Shown here in pieces: positions 1 through 8,981 of a stretch of 64,000 bases of DNA (positions are counted from its first letter, which is position 1; every line of letters begins with the position of its first letter). This stretch comes from a virus (taxonomy: Duplodnaviria; Heunggongvirae; Uroviricota; Caudoviricetes), in the IMG/VR virus record IMGVR_UViG_3300051215_000059, one strand, 5' to 3'. Under the pieces are notes generated by a model. It ran no database searches. It saw only the letters and a list, made by a program, of their open reading frames with translations, and was not told where the DNA came from. A program made the translations under genes and the position numbers.

Positions 1-25
1 AATACAAAAGAATCGAAAACATCGC

Positions 26-54
26 TTGACTTTCTGAACGAATCGCTGTATACA
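26..54 (+). promoter_or_regulatory. sigma70-like promoter TTGACT-17-TATACA with GAACGAATC box in spacer
   Basis: -35 TTGACT 26-31, 17-nt spacer containing GAACGAATC, -10 TATACA 49-54; RBS AGAGAGG and ATG 84 follow. Confidence 0.55.
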
Positions 55-83
55 TAATCTGTAGCCAAGAGAGAGGAAACACG

Positions 84-332
84 ATGAACAGCTTCATGAA
101 CGCCCTTTACAATGCTGAAGGTTCGGTTGTCACTGGTTATAAGAATGATGTGCCGTTTCTTGGTTACATCACCAAGACTCGTGTGAAGTATGGCAGCGAC
201 ATTCAAGTCACCATCGCATATGACGAAGATTCGATGAAAGAAACTGGGTATGGTGGCGACATCATTGACGGTTCGGTTCTCTTTGCTGGTGAAAACGGCA
301 CCTATCGCAATCTTCATGTTTACTTTGAGTGA
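84..332 (+). CDS. hypothetical protein
   Basis: ORF with RBS AGAGAGGAAAC 8 nt upstream, downstream of promoter; no recognisable motifs. Confidence 0.55.
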   Translation: MNSFMNALYNAEGSVVTGYKNDVPFLGYITKTRVKYGSDIQVTIAYDEDSMKETGYGGDIIDGSVLFAGENGTYRNLHVYFE

Positions 333-595
333 GCATGATGGCAAAGATGGTTGATACACGATGCAAGTGGTGCGGATGCGAAATGAGTGTCCGTGCCGCT
401 GATGTGGCAAGAGGGTGGGGCCGTTTCTGTTCCAAGTCTTGCAAAGCAAAAAACCAAGAAAAGAAAAACGGCCAATACAAAGCATACATGAATGGTCGTG
501 GTGTTAGCAATCTTCATCCAGAACGATTGAAAGATTACGAAACCTATGATGTTCATCCGTTTTCATCTGAAGGGTTGGGTCAATGGACAGACTAA
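329..595 (+). CDS. hypothetical Cys-rich (CxxC..CxxxC) small protein
   Basis: ATGA overlap with upstream gene; motif CKWCGC...FCSKSCK suggests zinc ribbon. Confidence 0.5.
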   Translation: MSMMAKMVDTRCKWCGCEMSVRAADVARGWGRFCSKSCKAKNQEKKNGQYKAYMNGRGVSNLHPERLKDYETYDVHPFSSEGLGQWTD

Positions 596-597
596 AT

Positions 598-738
598 ATG
601 AAAGTATACATCACTGAACGAGTGAAAGAACTGGATCATCTGATTTCCCAACAACCAGAGGGTTCCAACCATCGGTATGCGTTGATGGCTGGCAAATTTG
701 AACTTCTACAAATGGCAGTTGCGTTGAACCTTTGATAT
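598..738 (+). CDS. small hypothetical protein (46 aa)
   Basis: ATG 3 nt after previous stop, fills otherwise empty gap; below ORF-track cutoff. Confidence 0.25.
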
Positions 739-752
739 AATGGATAATAATA

Positions 753-986
753 ATGATAACATTTTGGGCGACTGTTTGGTATGCAGGGACAGTCGTTATG
801 GTTTTGGGATACGAAGGGCAATCTCTTGACCAATGCAACACTCTTTCGCAAATCATAAAAGATGATATTGCACTTACCTATGAAAATCCCACAGATGAAA
901 TAAAAAACAGCATTTACCCAACCAACAAGTTTGCTGTTACTTGCGAACAAAAAATCTTTTTACCACCAACGCAGGAGACAATATGA
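753..986 (+). CDS. hypothetical protein
   Basis: ORF in + strand gene train; hydrophobic N-terminus. Confidence 0.4.
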   Translation: MITFWATVWYAGTVVMVLGYEGQSLDQCNTLSQIIKDDIALTYENPTDEIKNSIYPTNKFAVTCEQKIFLPPTQETI

Positions 987-1147
987 TTGCTCTAAGTATT
1001 TTGATTGCTGGCTTTGTAATCGCAGACGCGATTATGTTTGTCAATGGATATAAGAGTTGGGCGTTCTTCGCCAAAACCGAACAAGAAAAGGCAGTTCGGC
1101 GGAAATGGTTTGCTGATCGTGGCATTGAATGGGATGGCAAAAAATGA
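983..1147 (+). CDS. small membrane protein (54 aa)
   Basis: internal ATG 983 preceded by GCAGGAGACA RBS; single TM helix IALSILIAGFVIADAIMF. Confidence 0.4.
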   Translation: MIALSILIAGFVIADAIMFVNGYKSWAFFAKTEQEKAVRRKWFADRGIEWDGKK

Positions 1148-1413
1148 TAATCCGCGAAGACAAGCACGGTCTTTACATTCGCAGTGGATGGTATATGGCC
1201 GATAAGTCTGCAAAAGCATTTCGGCCCGGTGACTTTTCTGGGCATAGCCATGCTTGGAATACAACGGATGCTGGCCTAAAGAAAGGCGACAAACCAAAAA
1301 CCTCGTATGTGAATGGAACATCATTCATTCGTATCAAGATGCCAGATGGCAGCAAGGTATATTGGGGTAGCTACGGGCGAACCGAAGGCGATTTTTCAGA
1401 GGAAAAGGCGTAA
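1144..1413 (+). CDS. hypothetical protein
   Basis: ATGA start-stop overlap with upstream ORF; no motifs. Confidence 0.5.
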   Translation: MIIREDKHGLYIRSGWYMADKSAKAFRPGDFSGHSHAWNTTDAGLKKGDKPKTSYVNGTSFIRIKMPDGSKVYWGSYGRTEGDFSEEKA

Positions 1414-1418
1414 GTCAG

Positions 1419-1760
1419 ATGGGTATCAATACGCACGTTTACACCTACTGGGGTGTTCGCACTGAATACAATCATGATTTGTCAGAAGACTTTGAAGAAG
1501 TATATGACGACATTGACCCTTCGCAGTATCTTTTTGATGGCATGAGTTGCGAATATATGGTGTTCGGCAATCGTCTATACGATTCTGGGGATGCACGTTG
1601 GGGAGAAATGAATAACTCTAACGAGATCGAAATCAACGATGAACTCTTGAACGAAATGAAAACAAACTTCATGACTGAGTTCAAAGAAAAGTTTCCAAAA
1701 CATTACGACTGGCTTGCTGAAAAGCCATGGAAACTTGTATCACTTGTTCATTACTCGTGA
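1419..1760 (+). CDS. hypothetical acidic protein
   Basis: ORF 113 aa, 5 nt after previous stop. Confidence 0.55.
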   Translation: MGINTHVYTYWGVRTEYNHDLSEDFEEVYDDIDPSQYLFDGMSCEYMVFGNRLYDSGDARWGEMNNSNEIEINDELLNEMKTNFMTEFKEKFPKHYDWLAEKPWKLVSLVHYS

Positions 1761-1767
1761 GAAAATA

Positions 1768-2052
1768 ATGGAAAAACTTGATTACTGTCCGTTCTGCGGG
1801 AATGGTGCTGGCGAAGATGGCATCAGTATCAACACTAGGCCGCATCGCTTGGGAATAAAGGCATACGTGAAGTGTGAGCATTGTTCTGCACAGGGTGGAA
1901 CTTTCATTGATGAAACCGAAGACGAAGCAATCGCATCTGCTGTTCGCGATTGGAACCAAAAGGACATTCGCCCTAATACGATTTGCCACAAAGTAAAGCG
2001 TTTCTTTGTTCAACTTGAATATGACCTACGAACTTGTTGGGGGCGATACTAA
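1768..2052 (+). CDS. Lar-family restriction alleviation protein-like (zinc ribbon)
   Basis: N-terminal DYCPFCG...CEHCSAQGG motif typical of Lar/zinc-finger anti-restriction family; ATG 1768 after AAAATA-rich RBS region. Confidence 0.5.
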   Translation: MEKLDYCPFCGNGAGEDGISINTRPHRLGIKAYVKCEHCSAQGGTFIDETEDEAIASAVRDWNQKDIRPNTICHKVKRFFVQLEYDLRTCWGRY

Positions 2053-2381
2053 TGTCAAGATACGTTGAATACTATGAGGTCAAGGACATTTATGCTTATC
2101 CGCCGCCAGAAAACTACGAATACTATGCGATGGCGATAGATAAGGATGCTCACAACAAGAAAAACTTTGACACCAGTTCTCGTCGTATTTGGCGATATGA
2201 TACAAAGACTGGTAATGTGTTTTATGAAAAGTATGATGGATGGACGGGCGAAAGCGCCCATTCTAAGTTTCAAGTTGACAAAGATGAGTTTCAACGTATT
2301 GCAATCGTTGCTGATCCTTGCCCATACTCCGAATACTACACAAATACACAACGCCTCAAAGCAAAAGGAATTATCAAATAA
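2052..2381 (+). CDS. hypothetical protein
   Basis: TAATG overlap with Lar-like gene. Confidence 0.55.
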   Translation: MSRYVEYYEVKDIYAYPPPENYEYYAMAIDKDAHNKKNFDTSSRRIWRYDTKTGNVFYEKYDGWTGESAHSKFQVDKDEFQRIAIVADPCPYSEYYTNTQRLKAKGIIK

Positions 2382-2499
2382 TGATTACAATCGCACTCAT
2401 TTTGGCACACGCATTTAGTAGCAACAAAAACTTTCAGCCAACCATTCTTTATCTTGGCACAATCATTGCCGACTGTGAGATTGCACGATACTTTTTTAC

Positions 2500-2528
2500 T
2501 TGACTTATTTTCCGAATCACTCTATATT
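2500..2528 (+). promoter_or_regulatory. sigma70-like promoter TTGACT-17-TATATT with CCGAATC box
   Basis: TTGACT 2500-2505, 17-nt spacer with CGAATC, TATATT 2523-2528; GGGAGATAGAGC RBS then ATG 2553. Confidence 0.55.
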
Positions 2529-2552
2529 GTATGAGTAATCGGGAGATAGAGC

Positions 2553-2774
2553 ATGACCAACGAAGAACTTGTCCGCAGAATGATTGACGTGCTGAAAGAG
2601 TTCGCAATGACTGCGACTTACGTTGATGCTCTTGACCTTGCCAAGCAACAGTTCGTCGCGAATGAAAGCACTCACAATGACTGGGACATCCTTGATGAAA
2701 ACTACAAGTTCATCAACGTGAAGTTTGCCGAAGCTGCAATTTATGAACTCACCACTGGCAAGGAAGTCAAGTAA
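2553..2774 (+). CDS. hypothetical protein
   Basis: first ORF after promoter, RBS GGGAGA. Confidence 0.55.
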   Translation: MTNEELVRRMIDVLKEFAMTATYVDALDLAKQQFVANESTHNDWDILDENYKFINVKFAEAAIYELTTGKEVK

Positions 2775-3250
2775 TGATTGAAGTCACTGGCGGAACCAAG
2801 AAACAACGTGAACTCGTTCAGAGCATTGCTGAGTATTCGGCAGTGAAGCTGTTGGGTTCGCGTCTTGCCGCTTCAGTGGAAATCAATATTGAACTTCGTC
2901 ATGACCTTGGCACTGCTCTTGGAAATGCAACTTGGGAAGATGACAATCATCGCCCTCGTGAGTTTACCATTGAAGTAAACGCCGCGAAACATATTCGCCT
3001 TCGTAGAATGCTGGAAACTGTCACGCATGAAATGGTTCATGTGAAGCAGTTTGCCAAAGGGGAAATGAAGGATTTGATGTCCCGTCCTGCTAACATTCGT
3101 AAGTGGATGGGCAAAGAAGTAGATATGAACACGATTTCCTACTGGGACTTGCCTTGGGAAATTGAAGCCTACGGACGCGAAGCTGGACTTTTTGTTCGGT
3201 GGGCAGAAGAAAATGACCTTGCAAAAGAAGAATGGACTCACGATGTTTGA
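2774..3250 (+). CDS. SprT-like zinc metallopeptidase domain protein (HExxH)
   Basis: motif TVTHEMVHVKQF (HExxH) in SprT-like context; assignment by motif only. Confidence 0.4.
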   Translation: MIEVTGGTKKQRELVQSIAEYSAVKLLGSRLAASVEINIELRHDLGTALGNATWEDDNHRPREFTIEVNAAKHIRLRRMLETVTHEMVHVKQFAKGEMKDLMSRPANIRKWMGKEVDMNTISYWDLPWEIEAYGREAGLFVRWAEENDLAKEEWTHDV

Positions 3251-3599
3251 AGGAAAACAATGGTTGGTTTATTGGGATAATACTGGATTTGAAGGTATTA
3301 TTGATGTAGGTACTCATCTTGAAAAAGAAGCATTTGACCTGTTGGTTCATGACAAACGCCAAGACCAAAGTATTTCGTCCATCTACAATATGATGACAAT
3401 GCGGGCGCGGTTCAATCCTCAACGCAATCCTGAAATCTGGACGTTCACATCCAATGAAGACATCACCGAAGAATCTCTACGCGAAGTAGCTGACCGTGAC
3501 CCTCAGTGGTTGGTGGATTGGATTCGTAAAAACGGAACCAAGATGTATGATGAACGTGAGATGTATGGTGAACGTGGAGCGAAACCGAGAATCACATGA
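3243..3599 (+). CDS. hypothetical protein
   Basis: internal ATG 3243 overlapping previous stop (ATGTTTGA); ORF track frame 3162-3599. Confidence 0.5.
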   Translation: MFEGKQWLVYWDNTGFEGIIDVGTHLEKEAFDLLVHDKRQDQSISSIYNMMTMRARFNPQRNPEIWTFTSNEDITEESLREVADRDPQWLVDWIRKNGTKMYDEREMYGERGAKPRIT

Positions 3600-3826
3600 A
3601 GATAGATAGGACTAAACACAAACCAAGCTGGCGTGTCCAAAAAGGATGCAACATTGAATGGTTTGAGCCACACCGTAAAGGCAAGGGTGTTGTCAAGAAA
3701 GTAATATGCGAACTCGACAAACTGTGGGGCAATGATCCAAAATATGTAATAGTTGATGATGTAGCACTTGGTGAAGTGACGGTTGATATCGGAAACATTA
3801 GAATACTCAAAGGAAAAAACAAATGA
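3596..3826 (+). CDS. hypothetical protein
   Basis: ATGA overlap both ends. Confidence 0.5.
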   Translation: MKIDRTKHKPSWRVQKGCNIEWFEPHRKGKGVVKKVICELDKLWGNDPKYVIVDDVALGEVTVDIGNIRILKGKNK

Positions 3827-4302
3827 AAACTAAACTTATGGCGGCTGTATTTGCTCTTGTTGGTAACGCAGCATTTGCAGATACTATCGTGGTTCAGGGT
3901 GAAGTAGTATCAGTAAACCCTGTTCGCTCGTATATTTCTGAAAGTGTTCCGCAGCAAGTTTGTCAAAATGTTCGGGTGACACGCCAACACACCCAAGACA
4001 ACCAAGTTGCTGGCGCAGTGATTGGTGCAGTGATTGGCAATCAGTTTGGCAGTGGAAGTGGTAAAGATGCTATGACCATTCTTGGTGCGATTGTTGGTGC
4101 AGAACAGGGACGTAAGAACAGCCATGTTCGCACCGAAACTACCAACCAAGTTGAATGCTTTACCGAATGGACCACAGTGAGAACTCACTATCGTCGCGGT
4201 TTTGAGACTGTGATTTTTGATGGTGCGCAATACCTGACTTTCCACACCGACCAACGTTTTCGTTACGGAGAGGTAGTGTCGTTCTACGTTCAAGTTCAAT
4301 AA
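3823..4302 (+). CDS. secreted glycine-zipper (SlyB / 17 kDa antigen-like) outer-membrane lipoprotein-like protein
   Basis: signal peptide MKTKLMAAVFALVGNAAFA; GAVIGAVIGNQFGSGSGKDAMTILGAIVGA glycine-zipper 2TM motif. Confidence 0.6.
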   Translation: MKTKLMAAVFALVGNAAFADTIVVQGEVVSVNPVRSYISESVPQQVCQNVRVTRQHTQDNQVAGAVIGAVIGNQFGSGSGKDAMTILGAIVGAEQGRKNSHVRTETTNQVECFTEWTTVRTHYRRGFETVIFDGAQYLTFHTDQRFRYGEVVSFYVQVQ

Positions 4303-4356
4303 AAGTGTCCCCAAATGATAAATACAGATGAGAGTTATTTACAGAGGGGATTGGTA

Positions 4357-5826
4357 ATGTTATTTCCAATTATTACATTTATTGTCGCGATTTCTATTGC
4401 AGTGATCGCGGCTTGGTTTTCTATCGCTGGTTTGATGGCGATATTTTCTGCTGCTGCGATACCAGTTGCATTGATGGCTGGTTCACTTGAAGTTGGTAAA
4501 TTAGTATCAGCTTCTTGGGTATATCGCAACTGGAAACGTGCGCCATTTTTGCTAAAATCTTATTTGACTGCTGCAACTGTAGTTCTAATGTTCATCACTT
4601 CGATGGGCATTTTTGGTTATTTGTCGAAAGCGCACTTGGAGCAATCTGCGCAAATGACTCAGGGGTCTGCGCAAGTTGAGCAATTTACCGCAGAAATTAC
4701 CAGCAAAGAACAAGAAATTGCGCTGTTGATGCAAAAAGCAACAGAGTTGCGTTCACAAGCCACAAACAATACTGCCAGTATTCAGGCACAGATTGATGCC
4801 GAACAGAAGCGTAAAGACGAAGCATATGCTCGTATTCAGCCAGCAATTGATGAGCAAAATGCTATCATTGCAAAAGAGCAAGGTGGCTCAAGTCCAGAAG
4901 TTCAAACATATCAGCGCAGAATAGACCAAATTGATGCTGAGTTGGCACAACTACAAACCTATATTGAACAAAACAATATTGCTCAATTGCAAGCAATGGT
5001 TGGTGTCAAAGCAGACGGTAATTATGGTTCACAAACTACTGCTGCTGTTGAAAGTTTCAAACAGCAAAAATCAAGCGAAAAAAATGCACTACTCGATTCA
5101 ATAGCGAAGGCGCAAACTAATGCTGACCAAACAAAGATTGATGCAGCCCGTGCAGAAATTACACGTTTGCGTTCATTGGCAGAACAAGAAGTCGCTGCAT
5201 CACAGTCAACTATTGACAGTCTGAGACAACAACTTACCACTGTTTCCACTATTGATAACAGCGCAGAAGTTCAAAAAGTTCAAACTCAAATCGATGCAGA
5301 GAACGAAGAACTCAAAAAAATGAAAGATGAAAAGTTTGCGTTAGAAACTGAAATACGCAAACTAGAAGCAGAAGTTGGACCAATCAAATATATCGCAGAG
5401 TTGGTATATGGGAACACTGACAAAAGCACAATTGACGTAGCAGTCCGTTGGCTAATCATCGTATTCATTTTTGTGTTTGACCCATTAGCAGTTCTATTGC
5501 TTATTGCTGCAAACTTCTCTTGGAAGCACCGCCATGATGATGACGGTGCTCAAGAAGAAATATTTGAAGCCATCTTTTCTCGTTCAAATGATGAACCAAA
5601 GGTAGAAAAATCTCTTGACAATCAAGAAGTTATGAGTGATAATAAACCTACCGATGAAGAAATCCAAGAACAGGAAATCGTCACCGAAAGTGAAAATGTT
5701 GATAATGAGCCTACTGCCGATGAAAAATCATACACCGTGATAAATAAACTAGAGGCAACGCCAGAGCCAACAATTATCAAAACGCCAAGAAAACCTAGCG
5801 GATGGTTAGATTACATTCGAAAATAA
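4357..5826 (+). CDS. membrane protein with N-terminal TM helices, long coiled coil, peptidoglycan-binding domain and C-terminal TM plus acidic tail
   Basis: RBS GAGGGGATTGG before ATG 4357; TM helices at both ends; Q/A/E heptad-rich centre; VKADGNYGSQTTAAVESFKQQ resembles PG_binding_1. Confidence 0.6.
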   Translation: MLFPIITFIVAISIAVIAAWFSIAGLMAIFSAAAIPVALMAGSLEVGKLVSASWVYRNWKRAPFLLKSYLTAATVVLMFITSMGIFGYLSKAHLEQSAQMTQGSAQVEQFTAEITSKEQEIALLMQKATELRSQATNNTASIQAQIDAEQKRKDEAYARIQPAIDEQNAIIAKEQGGSSPEVQTYQRRIDQIDAELAQLQTYIEQNNIAQLQAMVGVKADGNYGSQTTAAVESFKQQKSSEKNALLDSIAKAQTNADQTKIDAARAEITRLRSLAEQEVAASQSTIDSLRQQLTTVSTIDNSAEVQKVQTQIDAENEELKKMKDEKFALETEIRKLEAEVGPIKYIAELVYGNTDKSTIDVAVRWLIIVFIFVFDPLAVLLLIAANFSWKHRHDDDGAQEEIFEAIFSRSNDEPKVEKSLDNQEVMSDNKPTDEEIQEQEIVTESENVDNEPTADEKSYTVINKLEATPEPTIIKTPRKPSGWLDYIRK

Positions 5827-5835
5827 TGAGGAAAA

Positions 5836-7080
5836 ATGTCTGATAATAAAAACTACTCTTGCTCATTCTGTGGCAAGAACAAATCTGAAGTCAATACACT
5901 GATTGCAGGACCAGGAATTTATATTTGCGATGAGTGTATTGACTTATGCTATGACATTATTCATCAGAAGAAGTCAGAAAAACACGCAGCACTTGACAGT
6001 TTTCCCACACCAGAAGAAATCAAAGCACATCTTGACCAATACATTGTTGGTCAAGATGAGGCAAAAGAAGTCCTAAGTGTGGCAGTATACAATCACTACA
6101 AACGTATCAATCACTCAATGGATGACATTGAGATTGAAAAGTCAAACGTTATTCTACTTGGACCATCAGGGACGGGTAAAACTTTGATTGCAAAAACTGT
6201 CGCCAAAATCCTAGATGTTCCGTTTGCACAAGTTGACGCAACTACTCTTACCGAGAGTGGGTATGTTGGCGAAGACGTAGAAAATGTAGTTCAACGATTG
6301 TTGATCTCTGCCGACTTTGACGTAGAAAAGGCAGAGCGTGGAATCGTATACATTGATGAAATTGATAAGAAAGCCAAGAAGGGCGAAAACGTATCAATAA
6401 CAAAAGACGTATCTGGCGAAGGCGTCCAGCAAGCACTTCTCAAAATTGTAGAGGGAACGAAAGTTCGTGTTCCACCTGGTGGCGGAAGAAAGCACCCTGG
6501 CCAAGATATGATTGAAGTAGATACATCAAACATCTTGTTTGTTGTCGGTGGTGCATTTGTTGGTATTGACAAGATAATTGAAAAGCGTGTCAACAAAAAA
6601 AGTGGCATCGGATTTGGTGCAACAGTGAAGTCTGAAACGGATGAAGTAAATGTGCGAGAAAATATCTCTGCACAAGACCTTATCAAGTTCGGTCTTATTC
6701 CAGAGTTCATGGGACGTTTCCCCATTATCGTAGGCTTGGACAACCTGTCAGAAGAACAGCTTGTTCATGTTATGACTGCTCCCAAAAACAACATTGTTAG
6801 CCAGTTCATTCGTCTATTCCAATTGGATGAAGTTGAACTTGAATTCACTGAGGATGCAATTCGTGCGGTTGCAAAACAAGCCATAAATAATAAAACTGGG
6901 GCGCGTGGTCTTCGCAGTGTGATTGAGAAATCACTACTTCAACTACAATTCAAACTACCAACATTAGCAAAAGAGGGACTAACCAAGGTGATTATCACCA
7001 AAGAATTTATTGATGGAAGCAACAAACCAATCATGGTTTTCAACGACGAGCAAGGGTTCTCCGATACTCAAAATGACTAA
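5836..7080 (+). CDS. clpX: ATP-dependent Clp protease ATP-binding subunit ClpX
   Basis: N-terminal zinc-binding domain CSFCGK...CDECIDLC, Walker A GPSGTGKT, ClpP-docking IGFG loop, full-length 414 aa. Confidence 0.93.
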   Translation: MSDNKNYSCSFCGKNKSEVNTLIAGPGIYICDECIDLCYDIIHQKKSEKHAALDSFPTPEEIKAHLDQYIVGQDEAKEVLSVAVYNHYKRINHSMDDIEIEKSNVILLGPSGTGKTLIAKTVAKILDVPFAQVDATTLTESGYVGEDVENVVQRLLISADFDVEKAERGIVYIDEIDKKAKKGENVSITKDVSGEGVQQALLKIVEGTKVRVPPGGGRKHPGQDMIEVDTSNILFVVGGAFVGIDKIIEKRVNKKSGIGFGATVKSETDEVNVRENISAQDLIKFGLIPEFMGRFPIIVGLDNLSEEQLVHVMTAPKNNIVSQFIRLFQLDEVELEFTEDAIRAVAKQAINNKTGARGLRSVIEKSLLQLQFKLPTLAKEGLTKVIITKEFIDGSNKPIMVFNDEQGFSDTQND

Positions 7081-7597
7081 TCAATCAAATACTGTTGTTT
7101 ATAATGAATACATCAAGTATTCTGAAGTCCGTGTCGTTGACGAAGACGGAAGCCCACTTGGCGTGATGGAGATTTCAAAAGCAAGAAATCTTGCTTACGA
7201 TAAAAACTTGGATTTGGTGATTATAACTCATCAAAGCACTCCACCAGTTGCACGTATTGTTGACGTTGCTAAATATACCTACGAACAAAAGAAGCGTCAG
7301 AAAGATGCAGAAAAAAAGGCACGTCAAAATGTCGTTGAGGTCAAAGAGGTAAAAATCAGACCGGGTATTGGACCACATGATTTAGAAATCAAAATGAAGC
7401 AAGTTACAAAGTTTCTTGAGTCAAATGCGAAAGTAAAAATCACCATTCCACTTCGCGGTCGCGAAATCACTAAAGGTAATGATGTTCTTCAAAACATGGT
7501 TGATGATATCGCATCACTACTTACAAATTTCAAATATGAACAAGAACTGAAACAGTCAGGGAATAGAATCACAGGTGTTATAACAAAAGATGGCTAA
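7073..7597 (+). CDS. infC: translation initiation factor IF-3
   Basis: [15 protein letters not shown]...LDLVIIT...[20 protein letters not shown]...[18 protein letters not shown] matches IF3 N- and C-domains; ATG 7073 overlaps clpX stop. Confidence 0.85.
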   Translation: MTNQSNTVVYNEYIKYSEVRVVDEDGSPLGVMEISKARNLAYDKNLDLVIITHQSTPPVARIVDVAKYTYEQKKRQKDAEKKARQNVVEVKEVKIRPGIGPHDLEIKMKQVTKFLESNAKVKITIPLRGREITKGNDVLQNMVDDIASLLTNFKYEQELKQSGNRITGVITKDG

Positions 7598-7838
7598 ACA
7601 TTATATAAAAGGCAATGACCAAGAGCGAAATATAAAATCAGGGACAACTGTCACTGTAAAAAATGGAAATGTTGAACGTGCAATTCGTAGGTTCAAAAAG
7701 CTATGCGTGGATGAGAATATCATTCAAGAATATCGCGACCGTCAAGAATATGTAGGCGGAAGCGAAAAGCGTAGAAAAGACAAGGATGCGGGCAAAAAGC
7801 GATGGCAGAAGAAATTGCGCCAGATGCGCAGCGAATAA
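7590..7838 (+). CDS. rpsU: ribosomal protein S21
   Basis: VKNGNVERAIRRFKKLCVDENIIQEYRDRQEY...KRRKDK matches S21 signature (ALRRFKR.CEK...E.RRRE.YEKP..RKR). Confidence 0.75.
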   Translation: MAKHYIKGNDQERNIKSGTTVTVKNGNVERAIRRFKKLCVDENIIQEYRDRQEYVGGSEKRRKDKDAGKKRWQKKLRQMRSE

Positions 7839-8071
7839 TAGACCTAGACCGCTTAGACCTTAGAACCCTTCAAAAAGAATCGTCCCGTGCATTACTGACA
7901 ATGAACGGGACGAATGATGGTATAGCAAAATTCAATAAGGTCGCACATCATAACTCACAACTTTGGTATAAGGCTGTGATACAGTCTTATATTGATGAGC
8001 ATGGTGGATTGCCCAGTGAGGTAGGACCAGCCAAAGATTTTCAACTTTTTTCAGAAAAACTTGGTCTATAA
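7802..8071 (+). CDS. hypothetical protein (start uncertain, overlaps S21 3' end)
   Basis: ORF 89 aa; real start may be downstream. Confidence 0.35.
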   Translation: MAEEIAPDAQRIIDLDRLDLRTLQKESSRALLTMNGTNDGIAKFNKVAHHNSQLWYKAVIQSYIDEHGGLPSEVGPAKDFQLFSEKLGL

Positions 8072-8075
8072 ATGC

Positions 8076-8104
8076 TTGACAAATAACAAAAAAGTTGTTA
8101 TATT
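8076..8104 (+). promoter_or_regulatory. sigma70-like promoter TTGACA-17-TATATT
   Basis: TTGACA 8076-8081, spacer 17, TATATT 8099-8104, upstream of Hsp20 gene. Confidence 0.6.
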
Positions 8105-8191
8105 ATGTGAGTAAAGTTTCATAATGATTTGAACTTTACTGTGACGCCAAAAATGGGTCACTACAATTCTTGCTTATCTAAGGAGAAAAAA

Positions 8192-8629
8192 ATGACACAA
8201 CGCAGAATTACAACTTCAACCCTTCCAAATCTATATAGCGCAACCATTGGTTTTGACAAACTACTTAGTGCGTTGGACGCTCAATTGAACAGTGTCAATA
8301 GTGGCGGATACCCCCCATACAATGTCGCCCAAATCAACGACAATGAGTATATGGTTACTCTTGCTGTTGCTGGATTTGGAATGGATAATCTGGAAATTAC
8401 TCGTGATAAAAACATCCTGAGAATTGAAGGAACTCCACCAAAAGGTGACGAGGAAGTAAACTACCTTCACAAAGGTATTGCGGGTCGTTCATTCCGTAGA
8501 GAGTTCACTCTTGCGGATCATATCGAAATCGCAAACGCAGACTTGGAACTTGGAATGTTGAATATTCATTTGGTCCGAGTTGTTCCACCAGAACTACAAC
8601 CAAAGCGTATCGCGATTACTCAACGATAA
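8192..8629 (+). CDS. small heat shock protein, Hsp20/IbpA family
   Basis: AAGGAGAAAAAA RBS then ATG 8192; alpha-crystallin domain YNVAQINDNEYMVTLAVAGFGMDNLEI...GIAGRSFRREFTLAD. Confidence 0.85.
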   Translation: MTQRRITTSTLPNLYSATIGFDKLLSALDAQLNSVNSGGYPPYNVAQINDNEYMVTLAVAGFGMDNLEITRDKNILRIEGTPPKGDEEVNYLHKGIAGRSFRREFTLADHIEIANADLELGMLNIHLVRVVPPELQPKRIAITQR

Positions 8630-8637
8630 TTCAAACA

Positions 8638-8664
8638 GAGGGGCTGAACAAGCCCCTCACCTTT
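8638..8664 (+). terminator. stem-loop after hsp20 (weak T tract)
   Basis: GAGGGGCT-gaaca-AGCCCCTC 8-bp stem followed by ACCTTT. Confidence 0.4.
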
Positions 8665-8678
8665 AGCGGATAGAAACA

Positions 8679-8981
8679 ATGGCAATAGCAGAAGTAAAAT
8701 CATCAAGTCGCACCGAAATAGAAATTACCGAACCTCTCAACTATTATGTTGTTATGCATAATGATGACACAACTCCAATGGATTTTGTGATTGAGGTTCT
8801 TGCAGAAATTTTTCATCATGATAATCAGACCGCAGTTGACTTGACGATGAAAATTCACGAAGAAGGCAAAGCAATTGTTGGAATGTATAATCTGGAAATT
8901 GCAGAGCAGAAAGTTTCAGATGTATCGTATGTTGCAAAAGCGCACGATTATCCTTTGAAGACTACTGTGGAGCCAGCCTAA
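8679..8981 (+). CDS. clpS: ATP-dependent Clp protease adaptor ClpS
   Basis: YYVVMHNDDTTPMDFVIEVLAEIFHHD...AVDLTMKIHEEGKAIVG matches ClpS core. Confidence 0.85.
   Translation: MAIAEVKSSSRTEIEITEPLNYYVVMHNDDTTPMDFVIEVLAEIFHHDNQTAVDLTMKIHEEGKAIVGMYNLEIAEQKVSDVSYVAKAHDYPLKTTVEPA

Noticed and set aside
6291-6743. 150-aa minus-strand ORF inside clpX
   Set aside because: clpX on + is unambiguous; antisense shadow ORF.
7802-8071. Possibility that the ORF after S21 is ribosomal protein L35 or L20 (infC-rpmI-rplT operon logic)
   Set aside because: Translation shows none of the L35/L20 basic signature motifs; left as hypothetical.
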